Below are positions 1 to 14,540 of a stretch of 64,000 nucleotides of DNA, piece after piece (position 1 is the stretch's first letter; each line of letters begins with the position of its first letter). Where the stretch lies: the NCBI GenBank assembly GCA_951406725.2, contig OX597814.1:68634001-68698000 (forward strand). Reading direction: 5' to 3'. A model generated the notes under the pieces. That model worked only from the letters and a program-made list of their open reading frames with translations, did not search any database and was not told where the DNA came from. The position numbers and the translations under genes are program-made. The stretch comes from Octopus vulgaris (Eukaryota).

Positions 1-2330
1 GACTCCGTCACTCTCTACAGTTTGTGCTCATGCCACATCTTGCCTCTCTCTAGCCCCCACTTTTCGCACAGTTTCCTATGTAGCACTTTCGCTACCTGGT
101 AGTGTCGCCACAGCTTGTAGTGGTTTTAGGGAAGTCTAGTACATTCGTTCGTAATGTGAGCAGATGCGGCACAGCGAAGACACTTGCTCATTCTTAAGGT
201 TGACACTCAAATTCGTGGCCAAAGCTCGGTCTTGCGCTGCTAGTATAGCGTTCTTAGTCTATTTTTTATAGGACTCCTTTGATCAGCCAATCCCACCTGC
301 TTTTTCCAGCAACTTCTGTTGTGGATATATAGAATTGACTGTGTAGTCCCGTGTTGCATAATTCTTGTTCACGTCCTTTTTGTACTTCTTTTGTTATCCT
401 TTTTTCTCTGATTTCAGTACTCGTTCCTAACTGTCACTAGCAAGGTTTCCTTACTTTGGGCTAAGTATCTCATTAAGCTTTCAAGTTCGATACGCACGCA
501 GACATCCACACTTATCAATCCCCTTCCTCCATTTGCCCTCTTCATGTATAGGCGATTTACATGTGGATGACGGACTTAATGCATCGTCAAAAGCTTTCTT
601 GACTTCCTGTCCATCGCCTTTAGCTCCTCGTCTGTCCACTTCAGGATTCCAGCGACATACTGAACTACTGCGACTTCGCGCGAGTTTATCACCGAAATTA
701 TGTTTTGAGGCCAATATTTTTCTCACTCGCCGCAGGTACTCTCTTTTTGTCTTTTCCTTCGTGTCGTGATGCTTGATTCCATCTGCCTCAATTATTCCCA
801 GATATTTATAGCTGGATTGAGGCTAAATTGCTTTCATCATTTCATCACATGGCAACCATATGCCTTCTGTCCTGGAAAGCTTTCCTCGTCTCATCACCAT
901 CGTAACACATTTTGAGGGTCCAAACTTCATATTGATATCATTGGAGAAAATCCATACAGACTAGGCTGTTCAGTTCTTCCTCACTTTTTGTGAATAGCTT
1001 TAGGTCGTTCATGAGTAGCAAGCGGATCAGTTTTCCCTTACTTCTTCCCAGATCATACCCCAACTTTACTTTCTGTAGTATTTCACTCAAGAGGATCATT
1101 CCCAGCACGAATATCAGTGGGAATACATTGTCCCTCTGCAAGATTCCTTTCTTGATTTTCACCTCTCCTAGTACTTGCGTCACTGCTGTCAATTCCGTTC
1201 TCCAGCATTTCATGATATTCCATATGAGGATTCTCATATTCTCTGCTACTCCATACATTTCCATTGTTCTTATTATTCAGGAGTACAGTATCATATTGTA
1301 TGATTTGCGATAGTCAACCCATGCGATGTACAAGTTTGTATGCCTTCTCTTGCAGTTCCTGATAATTAGATTATCAATTAAGAGCTGATCCTTCGCTCTC
1401 CAGTTCCTTGTTATGCACCCTTTCTGTTCAATGGGTAGTAGCCCACTTTTTTCCAAGTATCTGTACAATTCACCGGCCAAACGCCTGACATTAGATTCCA
1501 TATTAGCGGAAGGCATGTTATTTGTCTGAGGTTGGGTGCAACATTTCCCTTTTCAGGATCCTTGGAACATAACAATGTCTTTCCCTTTGTCATCCAGCTG
1601 GATACTGCGCCTTACTGCAAGCACTCATCTAGCTGTTATGCTATCCTTTCATGGAGCCCTCTCAGCTTCTTCATCCAATAACCTTGGACACCAACCGGTC
1701 CATGGGAATTTTCTTAATTGCTTTTTTTATCATTACTGTAGCTATGTTAATGTCTTCTTTCTTAACCTATCTTGGATTTCATGCAGCCTCTCCGTTTCAT
1801 CAATATGTTCCACAGGCTGGTCCTAGATCCCTCTCAAGAATTCTTTACTTTCATTTGCATCTGGTATCATTGTTATATGTATTTGCCCATCTAGTTCTTG
1901 AAACAATTTCTTCTGAATTGCTTCAAACAATCTGTTTGGTCTGAACTGTCTTTTTTCTATTGTCATATCTTTCTAGTTTTGCTTTGATTATTACTATTCT
2001 CTGTTTCAATTCTTCCAGTATCACATCATAACCTTTTTCTATATGTTCACATCATAATTTCTTATTCTATATGTTCGTTTCAGTGTTATTCTTAGGATTT
2101 CATTCTGCAATTCCCCTTTGCTCAATCAATCAACTTGTCGTGAATGTCTTTATAACCTTGTTTCTCACAAATTCGTCCACGCCAGTATGGTTCTTTACCT
2201 TCTGTTTGTTCTTTTCTTTTGTATCCAACTCTGTCTGCAGTAACCATAGCTGCAGCCCCAATAATTTTGTTAGTTTCAGTTATATTTCTCCTCTAGAATA
2301 GCCCAAAAACCGATTCTATCTTTTCGGTTT
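1..2330 (-). mobile_element. Decayed R4/Dong-clade non-LTR retrotransposon (RT region, frameshifted)
   Basis: Minus-strand peptides TKGKTLLCSKDPEKGNVAPNLRQITCLPLIWNL, EQKGC..RAKDQLLID..RRHTNLYIAWVDYRKSYNM, KKGILQRDNVFPLIFV and LLLMNDLKLF match the RT motifs of R4/Dong elements. Many stops and frameshifts. Confidence 0.85.
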
Positions 2331-5300
2331 CAACTTTAAGCTTGCATCGATCAATGTACCTCAGAATGTGTGGTGCTTGATCCTGGTCTTCTCTAATATA
2401 TCAGTACAGCGTCCTCACTATGTTTTGTTGGTCATCGCATTTACCTTTGCACTTTGCTCTACATCTTCACTGACGCCTTTCCCTTTTCAGTTCTCACTGG
2501 GAACGTTATTCACTGGTGAAGTATTATTTCTATATTATACTTATCTTTTTATCTCGTCTATTCCTATGTCTGTTAACCACCATTTTCCCCTTATTGCTCT
2601 TGTCTGGTCGGCTAATCGTTGTTCACCTTTTTCGAAGAGTCCTATCTCATTCCATTTTGCTTTCATTCGTTGTCGGAATCCCATTCTGTTGTGTTCACTC
2701 CTGATGCGGCATTCAATTATCGTTCGGTTTGTTTCCTTATCCTATCTTCTTCTCTGCTTCTGGCTGTGTTTACAAGCAATCTCTGGATGACGACGGGGCC
2801 AGCGCTGCTCAACGACGTTTATAATAAGAATGATTATTATAAATTTCGAAAGGATGATTACATAAAATGCAAGTGCTTTGCTAATGAGACTCTAAAACTG
2901 AAAGGAGTGTTTGTATTGACAAATTAGTTAACAGACAGACTTTCAAGGAATAATAATTTTTTGAACGAAAAGTAATTTAAAAAAAAAAACAGAATTATAT
3001 ATGTCGTAACTTATTATCAAGTACCTTGTCACCATCATATTTGATGTGTATATTTCTGTTATGAAACTAATATTTGATGAAGTTGTTCAGTAGCACGCAC
3101 AAAATCTTCCATGAAATTGCAGAGGGTAAACAGAGATATTGACTTCAAGAAAGGGCTTTTTTTCGTTTGACAATTAGTAATTAACAGAGTGCGTTAATGA
3201 ATAACAATACTGCAAAGTTGCGGATTACGATTTTCCCAACATCAGTAGATACAAAATTGTAAAAACCAGAAATTGAAATCTACTTTCAAACATTTTACAT
3301 GGTAAAAGTGAACCATGACTGTATTCTAATTTCGTTCTCGTTGAATCAATTTCAGTTAATATATTTCGCTAATTGCTTTGGAAAAACTTGTACATCATAC
3401 TTTCAACTTTCTATAGAGACTTATTCCTGTCTTCTGTGCACCATTCCGAAGAGGGTAACCTTTTCTAAGATTTCAAAAATGATGGAGACAGTCATTAATG
3501 TACTTCGACATATATGAATCTCTTTCCCCTTAATGAGTTCGAGTACGACTTCTCTAAATCCAGGTCTCCTAGTATCCTATTATCCAATTTCAGTCATCTG
3601 TGGACAGTTGCATTCAAGAGATTTTGTGAAAAAAAAACCTTCTTGCACTTAATATCTGTAAATCATTTGGTCATATAAAGTGTGCACGTTTTCTTGATAA
3701 ACTGCCTACCACATCTGTCTCTCTCCTCAGAGATCACTACAGAGGCGAGTCCCTTACATCACTATTTCCACTCAGATCGTAGTTTCTTTTCTGTCATGTA
3801 GTTCTTATTCAATGTGCTTGTTCTGTCTGGGCCAGAAGTTAGCAGTTACTTCATCATAATTTAACGTCATCGAGAGTAGTAAGATTTTAAAACTTTTCAA
3901 TTCAAATACTTTTGATACTCAGCTGCGACAATATCTTGGTTTGAAATAAACTAACAACTGTAATTTCTTGTAGATGTTGTTTAATGCGTAGCTTTCATCA
4001 GTTATTGCAGGTGAATATGAAACCGTGTAATAAATCTACAAAGTAGTCTGAATATATTGGTTGCTTTTAAGTAGATTGATGTTAAGTTGGTAATACCAAT
4101 ACGTATCCCATATAAAACGTAGGTGTAACACATACTGAATAGCTTATAAGTGATCTTGCAGCAAGTTTGTTTATGCGTCTGTCAAAACTCAATCTTCATT
4201 CAATAAAGCAAAACGAGAATATGTGGTATGAATTCATAAACTAGAATGTAGATCCCGAAAACAATTTTGAGAAAGACTTGCATGTCATACCTTCATATCT
4301 CTCTGTGGAACGTACACGTATCTTAAAGAACACAGTATATTGCGTGCCATTCCCAATAAGGCAACTTCTTATATACGAATAAATATAGAAGCATGGGCAT
4401 GAAAATAAATACACATAACACTAGAATCAATTAATAATTGAATTGTTATATGAATTTTATTTCAAGAATGGTTAAAAACAATAATTTTTATATGCCCATC
4501 AGTTTCCATATCTCTTTATTGAACTGACACAACTGCTTCTCAGTTATGTCCTGTTAAAATATTACTTATTGGAAAAGGCGATATTATTCAAAAGGTTCAA
4601 TGTGGTGCATGAATGCGCCGCAGAGAGTAAACCATAGATTCTTAACTAAGATTTGAGGCTTTTAAAATATAATTTAAACGGCTTGAAACATATTATTTTG
4701 TTTTCCAATATGAGTGATAAAAGCAAGTTAAGTCATAGTTTTCTGTAGTGTTTTATTTGATCATCATTGTACCACATAGTCAAAAAGATTGAGAACTACT
4801 GTTATTTATCGAAACGAAAGCAATAAACTACTTAACAGTTGTCGTGTCGACAAATCCGTGATATTCTTTTCCCTGTGATTCTTTGATATCACAAATGATC
4901 ATTTAATTGATAGATAAGATGTAATTTTATAATATTCGTTTAAGCGTTTGATATACATTTCCAATGTAAATGTTGCAATTTACAGAACATTTTTAGCAAT
5001 CATATTGACAGAGCAGATAGAAAGGATTTCGTGCACATCAAATTTCTTTAAGTTAATTCATAGATGCAATCTGCCATCTGAATTATTTCATTTCTGTACA
5101 AGTATGATTTTATACAACAAACGCACAATCTTCTGTATTTACTCTGTCAATATGAAGGCCAGAATAAGACCCAGACATTCTGTATATGTTCTTTGTATCT
5201 AAAGGCTGAAAATGAAAGTAACTAGGCTAATTATTGATAGTTGTCTAACAATTTTTCTTCATTACCTGCATCTATATAATTGGCTTTTTAATTTCCCATT

Positions 5301-5742
5301 ATCACCTACTAAGCTATTTCTCAAAATTATTCACATAACATTTTAAGACCTGGAAATTACCACTTCTGCAAATAGATTCTTGAAATGAATTTTGGAAATT
5401 AAGATATTTTCTGATAAAATCTAATTATGTATCCCATAAGCCCAAATTTTCAGCAATTAAAAAGTAAAGCTTTTTTGAGTATTAATCCTGCGTGGCGCAG
5501 ATATCTCCTCTCAAGAAGTGCTTGTACTCTTCTTTACAACTTAATTAATCGTCAAATAAAAATGTTACAGATACATAGTATATCTAGTTATTTTTTCTCT
5601 CTGTCCTTCCATAGCACTTACATAGCCTTACCTGCCACCTTGGATCTCCTGGATACCAATACCTCTTATAGGGATATGGGCTCGAGTCCTGAAGCAACTC
5701 AGCGTTCGAAAAGTATCCCCTTCTTATTTATATCGTACAATA

Positions 5743-5773
<31 letters not shown>

Positions 5774-5789
5774 ATACATATATATACAT

Positions 5790-7425
<1,636 letters not shown>

Positions 7426-7436
7426 CTTTTATATCC

Positions 7437-7508
7437 TTGATTTTGGAAATTGACTACACTGTAACAGTGTTATAACACTGTTACAGTGTAGTCAATTTCC
7501 AAAATCAA
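7437..7508. repeat. Perfect 72-bp palindrome with no spacer
   Basis: ttgattttggaaattgactacactgtaacagtgtta|taacactgttacagtgtagtcaatttccaaaatcaa; 36/36 complementary. Confidence 0.97.
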
Positions 7509-7679
7509 AAATACTCAGTAACAAACACGTAACAAATTTATACCTCTTCGCAACGACTTCTACGACTGCCTTCACAAATGAAACTGCATACACTACACTG
7601 TATGTCGCACTGTCAGTAAGCATGCGATTTTATACGGTTTAGGACAAATCACTTACTATCCTACAGGGGTGTCAGGATT

Positions 7680-8611
7680 TTACCGCAACAGGTCCCTTGT
7701 TCTCTCAGCATCTTCCACAGTTTTCTTCAAAAGATCGTCATCTTGCAATAATCCCCGCTTTGAATGACAGAAGTATATTTCCTTCATGAGTCTTCAATGA
7801 ATCAAAGGATACTGGCCACTTTATGTGATGTCGACGAAGCCTCAAATAGTATACACTCTACAGTATACACTGAACAGTATACACTCTGCCCAGATCATTG
7901 GCTTCCAAAATATCTGGATGCTCTAGCATTGGTCTCCCCTTCTTCCGTTTTTGCCATATCTTGTCAGTAGAATCTTAGAATATCGGCATAGAAGATTGAT
8001 TTTGCAAATGGTTCATGTCTGCAAAGCTCCATGAATTCTATCAAAGTTGTCCATGCCATATCATTCAATTGCACATCACCATTCTCACGCAAGAAAACTT
8101 TTTGCTGATCTGAAAGGTGCACTTGACGGCGAGCAACAGGTGAATTTCTTGAGTGAATTGGGACACCAAGGATAGATACAGCGGCCTCCGAGGGCCCAAT
8201 ATATCTGCCTGTCAAATACTGTGTGATTTCATCAGGTCTATTCATTCCAAAGATGGCTTGATCGCCTCCTTTCATGGGGTACTTTATAACATGTTTGGTA
8301 GTTTTATAGATGAGCCTATTTCTATAATGAGATGGCATTTGAATTGCGCACAATAACTGGGTAATTTAGGGGACTACTCATTGAAAAGTAACAGGTGGTT
8401 TTTGCGTCCTCCTTGAACACCTTCTAATCCACCATTTTTCAAAGGCCGTCTCCGATTCTTGGAATATGAAATATCATCACACATTGTATGTGCAATGAAT
8501 AGCTTTGGGTACCTCTTACTACATGTACCATTTTCCCAACATGGTGATCTGTTATTGCAGTAAGGACCATAGAACATGTGCCTCAATACCAAATAATGCA
8601 GCTCTGGATTT
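7680..8611 (-). mobile_element. Helitron Rep-helicase fragment (pseudogenised)
   Basis: HMFYGPYC..NRSPCWENGTCSKRYPK, KGGDQA..DEITQYLTGRYIGPSEAA..ILGVPIH..VHL are characteristic Helitron Rep-region motifs. Confidence 0.88.
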
Positions 8612-9128
8612 TCATTTGGATTTCAGCTTGCACGAATTTCTCATAATTTTGTTGTCTTGGTTTTGAGGCAACATCAAGCCAGAGTAAACAGTGCAAATCA
8701 CCGCAAAAAGATGTTTCTCTATGTCAGTGTATGTATAAGTCAAAAAGACGCCGTTTTTTTTCTTACAGAGTGATAGAAAGAGAGAGAGAGAGCGAAGACT
8801 ATGTGTGTGTATATGTCCCAGATAGCGTACGTGTGTTTGTGTTGATTCCCATGCCATGACATTTATTATACGTGCGTGTATTCTGTATGTGTGTATGTGT
8901 GCTGAAGTCACGGAAGCCCTGTTTTTTTACGTTCAGAAATAACAAAAAAATTCTGTTTAATCGTTTCCAAATATCACAAAACTTCATACTGCACTGCATA
9001 AAGTATGAAAATATATATATGTAAAAAATTGAGATAGAATATACTGTTTCCGAGATATTTCGGGAACAAACATCTTCTCGAGTTTTAGTATTATTTATAG
9101 ATAGATAGATAGATATATATATATATAT

Positions 9129-9225
<97 letters not shown>

Positions 9226-9299
9226 GAGATGATGGATGGATGGATGGATGGATGGATGGATGGATGGATGGATGGATGGACGGACGGATAAGTATATTT

Positions 9300-9478
9300 A
9301 TATTTACAATCCCAGAGTCACAGGTATTGAAAGAATTGGGGATGAGTATGTACAATGACGCATCATTTTATATGCACATTATCAAGATGGCAACAAAGTG
9401 CAGACAAATGGGTGGTTGGATACTGAGGTCCTTCACGACAAGAGACCTAGAAATTATGCTGTCCCTGTGGAGAAACGA
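9300..9478 (+). mobile_element. CR1/L2-like LINE fragment
   Basis: [35 protein letters not shown] resembles the post-RT region of CR1-group elements. Confidence 0.6.
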
Positions 9479-9489
9479 GTAAAAGTGTA

Positions 9490-9559
<70 letters not shown>

Positions 9560-9574
9560 ATTTTATTTATTTAT

Positions 9575-9927
9575 ACTTTATTAAAAAACAGCAAAAATAT
9601 CACAAAAACTGTTTCACGTTCCCGTTCTTCGGACAGTTTTGTGTGGAATGAAAGGAAAATAAGGTTATAAGCAAACATATACAATTAGTTTAATGGATAA
9701 ACATTTGAAAATGGTTTTGTTTCATTGGTCCTTTCAACTAACGGTCTTTGCAATGACCGGTTGCATGCAATGAACAAATGTCGGTATAAAATCAACTTAT
9801 TACAATAACTTTGAGTTACAGTTTTTGTGATATTTTTGCTGCTTTTTAATAAAGCATATTACTCTACCGCTGGTATTCGAGTACTATTTTTACCACCTTG
9901 TTTCTCAGTTATGTGCATACTCTGGTA

Positions 9928-9930
<3 letters not shown>
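9575..9930. mobile_element. PLE pseudo-LTR module with short inversion and broken hammerhead
   Basis: 9577-9612 is the reverse complement of 9818-9853. The minus strand reads actgt-CCGAAGA-acgggaacgt-GAAA-cagt (stem III deleted). 9810-9930 is homologous to 27318-27440. Flanked by (TA)n. Confidence 0.65.
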
Positions 9931-10012
<82 letters not shown>

Positions 10013-10039
10013 TTATATACATATATTTATATGTATATA

Positions 10040-10096
<57 letters not shown>

Positions 10097-10614
10097 GCAT
10101 ACGTAAGGGAAAGAATCTGAAAATGCAGAAGTCTTTTAAAAGTATTTATTAACTTAACCGGTTTCATTTATTTTAAAAGATTTTCAAAAGTGAAGTGTGA
10201 GGTCTTGCGTATTCCCTGTGATGTCAAACATTAGTTTACAAAAATGCATTCACATCAAGTGATAGCGTCTTTGATAAGGATAAGAAAAGCCTTGTGATGA
10301 GTCAAAAAATAGTTTACATTGAAACATTCAGATCAGCTAATACAATATTTTTATAATGATAAAAAAAAATAGTTTACATGAATTAATTCCGATCAAGTAA
10401 TAGAGTTTTTGACAAGGAGATAAAATATGTAACTTCTAAGGGTCTTGCGTCTGGCTGGAGTTTGGCAGTTATAAACAGTTGCAATTCTTCTGTATAAAAT
10501 CTTCCTTTTATCCAAAAATCATAAATATTAATCCTCACTGAGACATACACATATACACACACAAACACACAGGTACATACACTTACACACGCACACCGTC
10601 CTGATGAACACAGG

Positions 10615-10752
10615 GGAGACGACTGGCTTATCTCAGTTTCCATCTACCAAATCCACTCAGAAAGATTTGGTTGGCCTAAGGTGCCACGCAGTGGGACTAA
10701 ACCCGTAACCATGTGCTTGGTAAGCAAACTACTTACCACACAGCCACTCCTA
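10615..10752 (-). mobile_element. SINE family A 5' part
   Basis: ggtgccacgcagtgggactaaacc..cttaccacacagcca is the reverse complement of the tRNA-like head at 46470-46545. Confidence 0.8.
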
Positions 10753-10788
10753 TATAATGTGTGTGTATGTAGTTATTATATATATTTA

Positions 10789-10834
<46 letters not shown>

Positions 10835-10859
10835 GAGAGAGAGAGAGAGAGAGAGAGAG

Positions 10860-10936
<77 letters not shown>

Positions 10937-10964
10937 GGAAATTCCTTGATACAGTTATGATATT

Positions 10965-11310
10965 TGAGGGGAAGATTATTTTCTCAAAGAGTTAAGATTC
11001 AGGAAAGAACCTTTTCAGAAAATTGAAAGACACTAACCTTTGGGAAGAGATTTCACAAAATATCTGTAGACTTTGCTTTTATAAATGCGCAAGCGCTTTC
11101 AGTTTTTAACGTTTTCAAGCACGTGTTACTTTCACTATATATAATAACACGTGCTTGAAAACGTTAAGAACTGAAAACACTTGCACGTTTATAAAAGCAA
11201 AGCCTACAGATATTTTGTGAAATCTCTTCCCAAAGGTTAGTGTCTTTCGACTTTCTGAAAAGGTTCTTTTCTCAATGTTAACGTTAACTCTTTGAGAAAA
11301 AAACTTCTCT

Positions 11311-11312
<2 letters not shown>
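10965..11312. repeat. Fold-back inverted repeat, ~160-bp arms, ~16-nt spacer
   Basis: 10965-11128 versus 11145-11312 (e.g. aacgttttcaagcacgtgtta / taacacgtgcttgaaaacgtt); between (GT)n and (TA)n tracts. Confidence 0.92.
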
Positions 11313-11361
<49 letters not shown>

Positions 11362-11541
11362 TCGTAAATAATTTTATTTTATTAGCAAAAGGTTGCCGAA
11401 ACTATGCATAGTCCAGAAAGGATAGGGTAAACGTTTTTATTTCTCTTTCCATTTCAGAATTACAACTATTAGTGGTTTGGAGCTTAACTGCTCTTTCTAG
11501 TGAATCGGATGTCCTATTATGGCTATCTTTTATATGTTTGA

Positions 11542-11580
<39 letters not shown>

Positions 11581-11789
11581 CCTGCTCGCTTAGCCAGCGG
11601 GGTGGCGTCATTCGAAGGTTAAAAAAACAATGCGAACGCATTGTGACCAGCGATGTGTAACAACATCTGATGGTCTGGTCGGTCACGTGATCACGTGATA
11701 TATATATATATATATAGTTATATAATTATATAGTTATATAGTCATATATGTAGCACAACTACATAGTGCTCAAAGTTAATTGGGCTATT

Positions 11790-13070
11790 GGAATATTGCT
11801 TTGTGCCGTTTGTAACTCCGAAGGAAACCGAAGACTCCACACTGGATAGGAGAGTAGCCTTCATTCCTTCATAACATTCAACATGTTATCAGATATACCA
11901 AGCTTTTTCTGAACTCCCCATAGTGCTTACCAGTTAACAGTGTCGAAGTCCTTAGTAGAATCAACAATTACCATGAACCACTCTAAATTTTTCTCACGTA
12001 CTTTCTCCATAACCTGTCGAAAGGAAAAGATTATGATGATAGTGCAACGACTAGAGTGAGATCCGCATTGTGATTCTGGATAGATATAATTTACAACGTA
12101 TTTGATGATCCTATCATGAATGCGTCAACAAGCATCTTGTCAGCAACAGACAGACGTGATATCCCACGATGATTATCACAGACACTTCTGTTTCCTTTTG
12201 TTCTTATAAAGATGTTGAACTTAGACATCCTTGAAGTACACGGCCTACCATCCAAATATTTATAAAGCGGTCATGTAATTTCTTAAAAAACTTCTATTTC
12301 AGCGTGCTGTGGAACAGACAGTATGATGTCATCATTAGTGACTGAGATGGAGTTCAACACGGCTTCTAAACGATATTTCCATCGTTTCAGGATGTCAGAT
12401 TTGTTGGTCAACAGTGTCTCTCCATTTGATGAAAAAATAGGAGCAACACCGTGCTCTTGAAAACCATACATTTTCTTGAGGCCATCATAAAATGCTTAAA
12501 ATCCTTTCTGTCTGCAGCTTCTTTGAGATCGGTAGCCTTGGAATACCAGCAAGCTTCTTTCATCTGTCTCAAAGCACGCTGGATCTAGCCTACGCATTTC
12601 TTATAAGTATTCTCTTTTCTGGATAAGCTCTTATCATTTATCTATGTTTTGTGAGTGCTGTGAATTTTATCTATCAACTGTTGGACATCCGTGTTGTTAT
12701 CATAGAACCAATCTTAATGATTACGAACAGGAAGTCCAAGAACATCTACAGATGCAGAGTGCATTGCATCATGCACAACTTTCCAAGATGATTCTATGTC
12801 ATCATTGATATCAACAGTGTTGAGTGCAGTGTTCAACTTGATAGAGAGCTCAGCAGAACATTAGAGGCAGAACATTAATGTGCTTAGGCACTGATGACGT
12901 TTGTAGTCTTGTGAGTTTTAGATGGAACTTAGCCTTGAGACAGATGAAAGAAGCTTGCTGGTATTCCAAGGCTACCGATCTCAAAGAAGCTGCAGACAGA
13001 AAGGATTTTAAGCATTTTATGATGGCCTCAAGAAAATGTATGGTTTTCAAGAGCACGGTGTTACTCCTAT
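11790..13070 (-). mobile_element. Decayed RTE-clade LINE with an inverted duplication at its 5' end
   Basis: CDNHRGIS, PESQCG..FSFRQVMEKVREKN..VDSTKDFDTVN RT motifs. 12437-12572 is duplicated in reverse at 12935-13070. Confidence 0.82.
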
Positions 13071-13145
13071 GACCAAAATCAATGCTAGCCGTTAAAAATG
13101 TTCTTGAGGGTGTTTAATATGATGTTTAAGGCCAGTTATGGGGAG

Positions 13146-13405
13146 AGAACGAGTCTGTTAGATTCGATCATGGGTAGACTTGAGAGAGTTGAAGATATTT
13201 TATTATAGTAGGTTAAGTGCGGGTGTTATTAGGAGAGGTCATAAAAAACGGTTAAGGGTAGGTGAAAATAGGAGATAAATGGGGCAACGGGTGGGTGAAG
13301 GAAAATTAAAAATAAAATAGATAATATAAGTAAAAATAGAATACAGATGAAAAAATCTTCAACTCACTCAAGTCTACTCACGATCGAGTCTAACAGACTC
13401 CTTCT
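13146..13405. repeat. Inverted repeat, ~55-bp arms, ~150-nt spacer
   Basis: agaacgagtctgttagattcgatcatgggtagacttgagagagttgaagat versus atcttcaactcactcaagtctactcacgatcgagtctaacagactccttct. Confidence 0.85.
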
Positions 13406-13739
13406 AAGGTGCCACACAGTGGGACTGAACCGGGAACCATGTGGCTGGTAAACAAGCTACTTACCACACAGCCACTCATGAAAAATCAACGAAAATGCAT
13501 ATTGTAGATATAAAAAGGCTATTTATGATAGGTAAAATAGCCTTTTTATATCTACAATATGCATTTTCGTTGATTTTTCATTTTTTATCCTTACATTTCC
13601 ACGTGTATTTTATATTTTTTTCAAAACGTATTTCTACTATATATATATATATATGTATGTGTATATATATATATTTGTATATATATATATATATGTGTAT
13701 ATAAATATATATGTATGTATGTATGTATATATATATATA

Positions 13740-14540
13740 TACTAAGTAATTAAGGGTTTAGCAACGATTTGCCTCACCACACACCGAATTTAGAAATAGC
13801 AGTCAAAAGTTTTGGCTATTCTTTCTACTTATAAAGGGAGATCCCAGTAAAACCACAGCACTTAAAAAGCAAACGATGCAGGCAAAAGAGAAAGAAATGA
13901 CGAAAATCATTCTATATTAAGTCACCTACGGACGTACGTTTCGGAATTAAGTCAATTCAGTATGTCACCATCCCCCTTATTTTGGCAGCATGCTGGCGGA
14001 AGGGGGATGGTGACATACTTTCATTCACCCTTTGAATTTGATGTTACTGGTAATGGCTTACGCTCGCTCTGATACCATGAGTTGAGGTGATGTCTTCTAG
14101 TGCCTTCAAATTTAATACACAATTATTAATAATTGAGACGCAATTATTTATAATTGAAGAGTCCTACGCTGAGGAGGAAAATAGTCAGGTAAGACATAAT
14201 TATATAATTTTTATGCTCTGAATTGACTTAATTCCGAAACGTACGTCCGTAGGTGACTTAATATAGAATGATTTTCGTCATTTCTTTCTCTTTTGCCTGC
14301 GTCGTTTGCTTTTTAAGTGCTGTGGTTTTACTGGGATCTCCCTTTTAAGTAGAAAGAATAGCCAAAACTTTTTGACTGCTATTTCTAAATTCGGTGTGTG
14401 GTGAGGCAAATCGTTGCTAAACCCTTAATTACTTAGTATTACTTAAACCTTTCTTGAATGGGGCTTTTACATGCCGAACTCTACTTGGTGAAATTAATGA
14501 TTATTTCTAAATTAATTAATTTCACCCTTTATTATTGATA

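Noticed and set aside
11578-11700. Tandem CACGTG E-boxes as a regulatory site
   Set aside because: They form the tail of a short island inside (TA)n that looks like a retroposon 3' end; no evidence of function.
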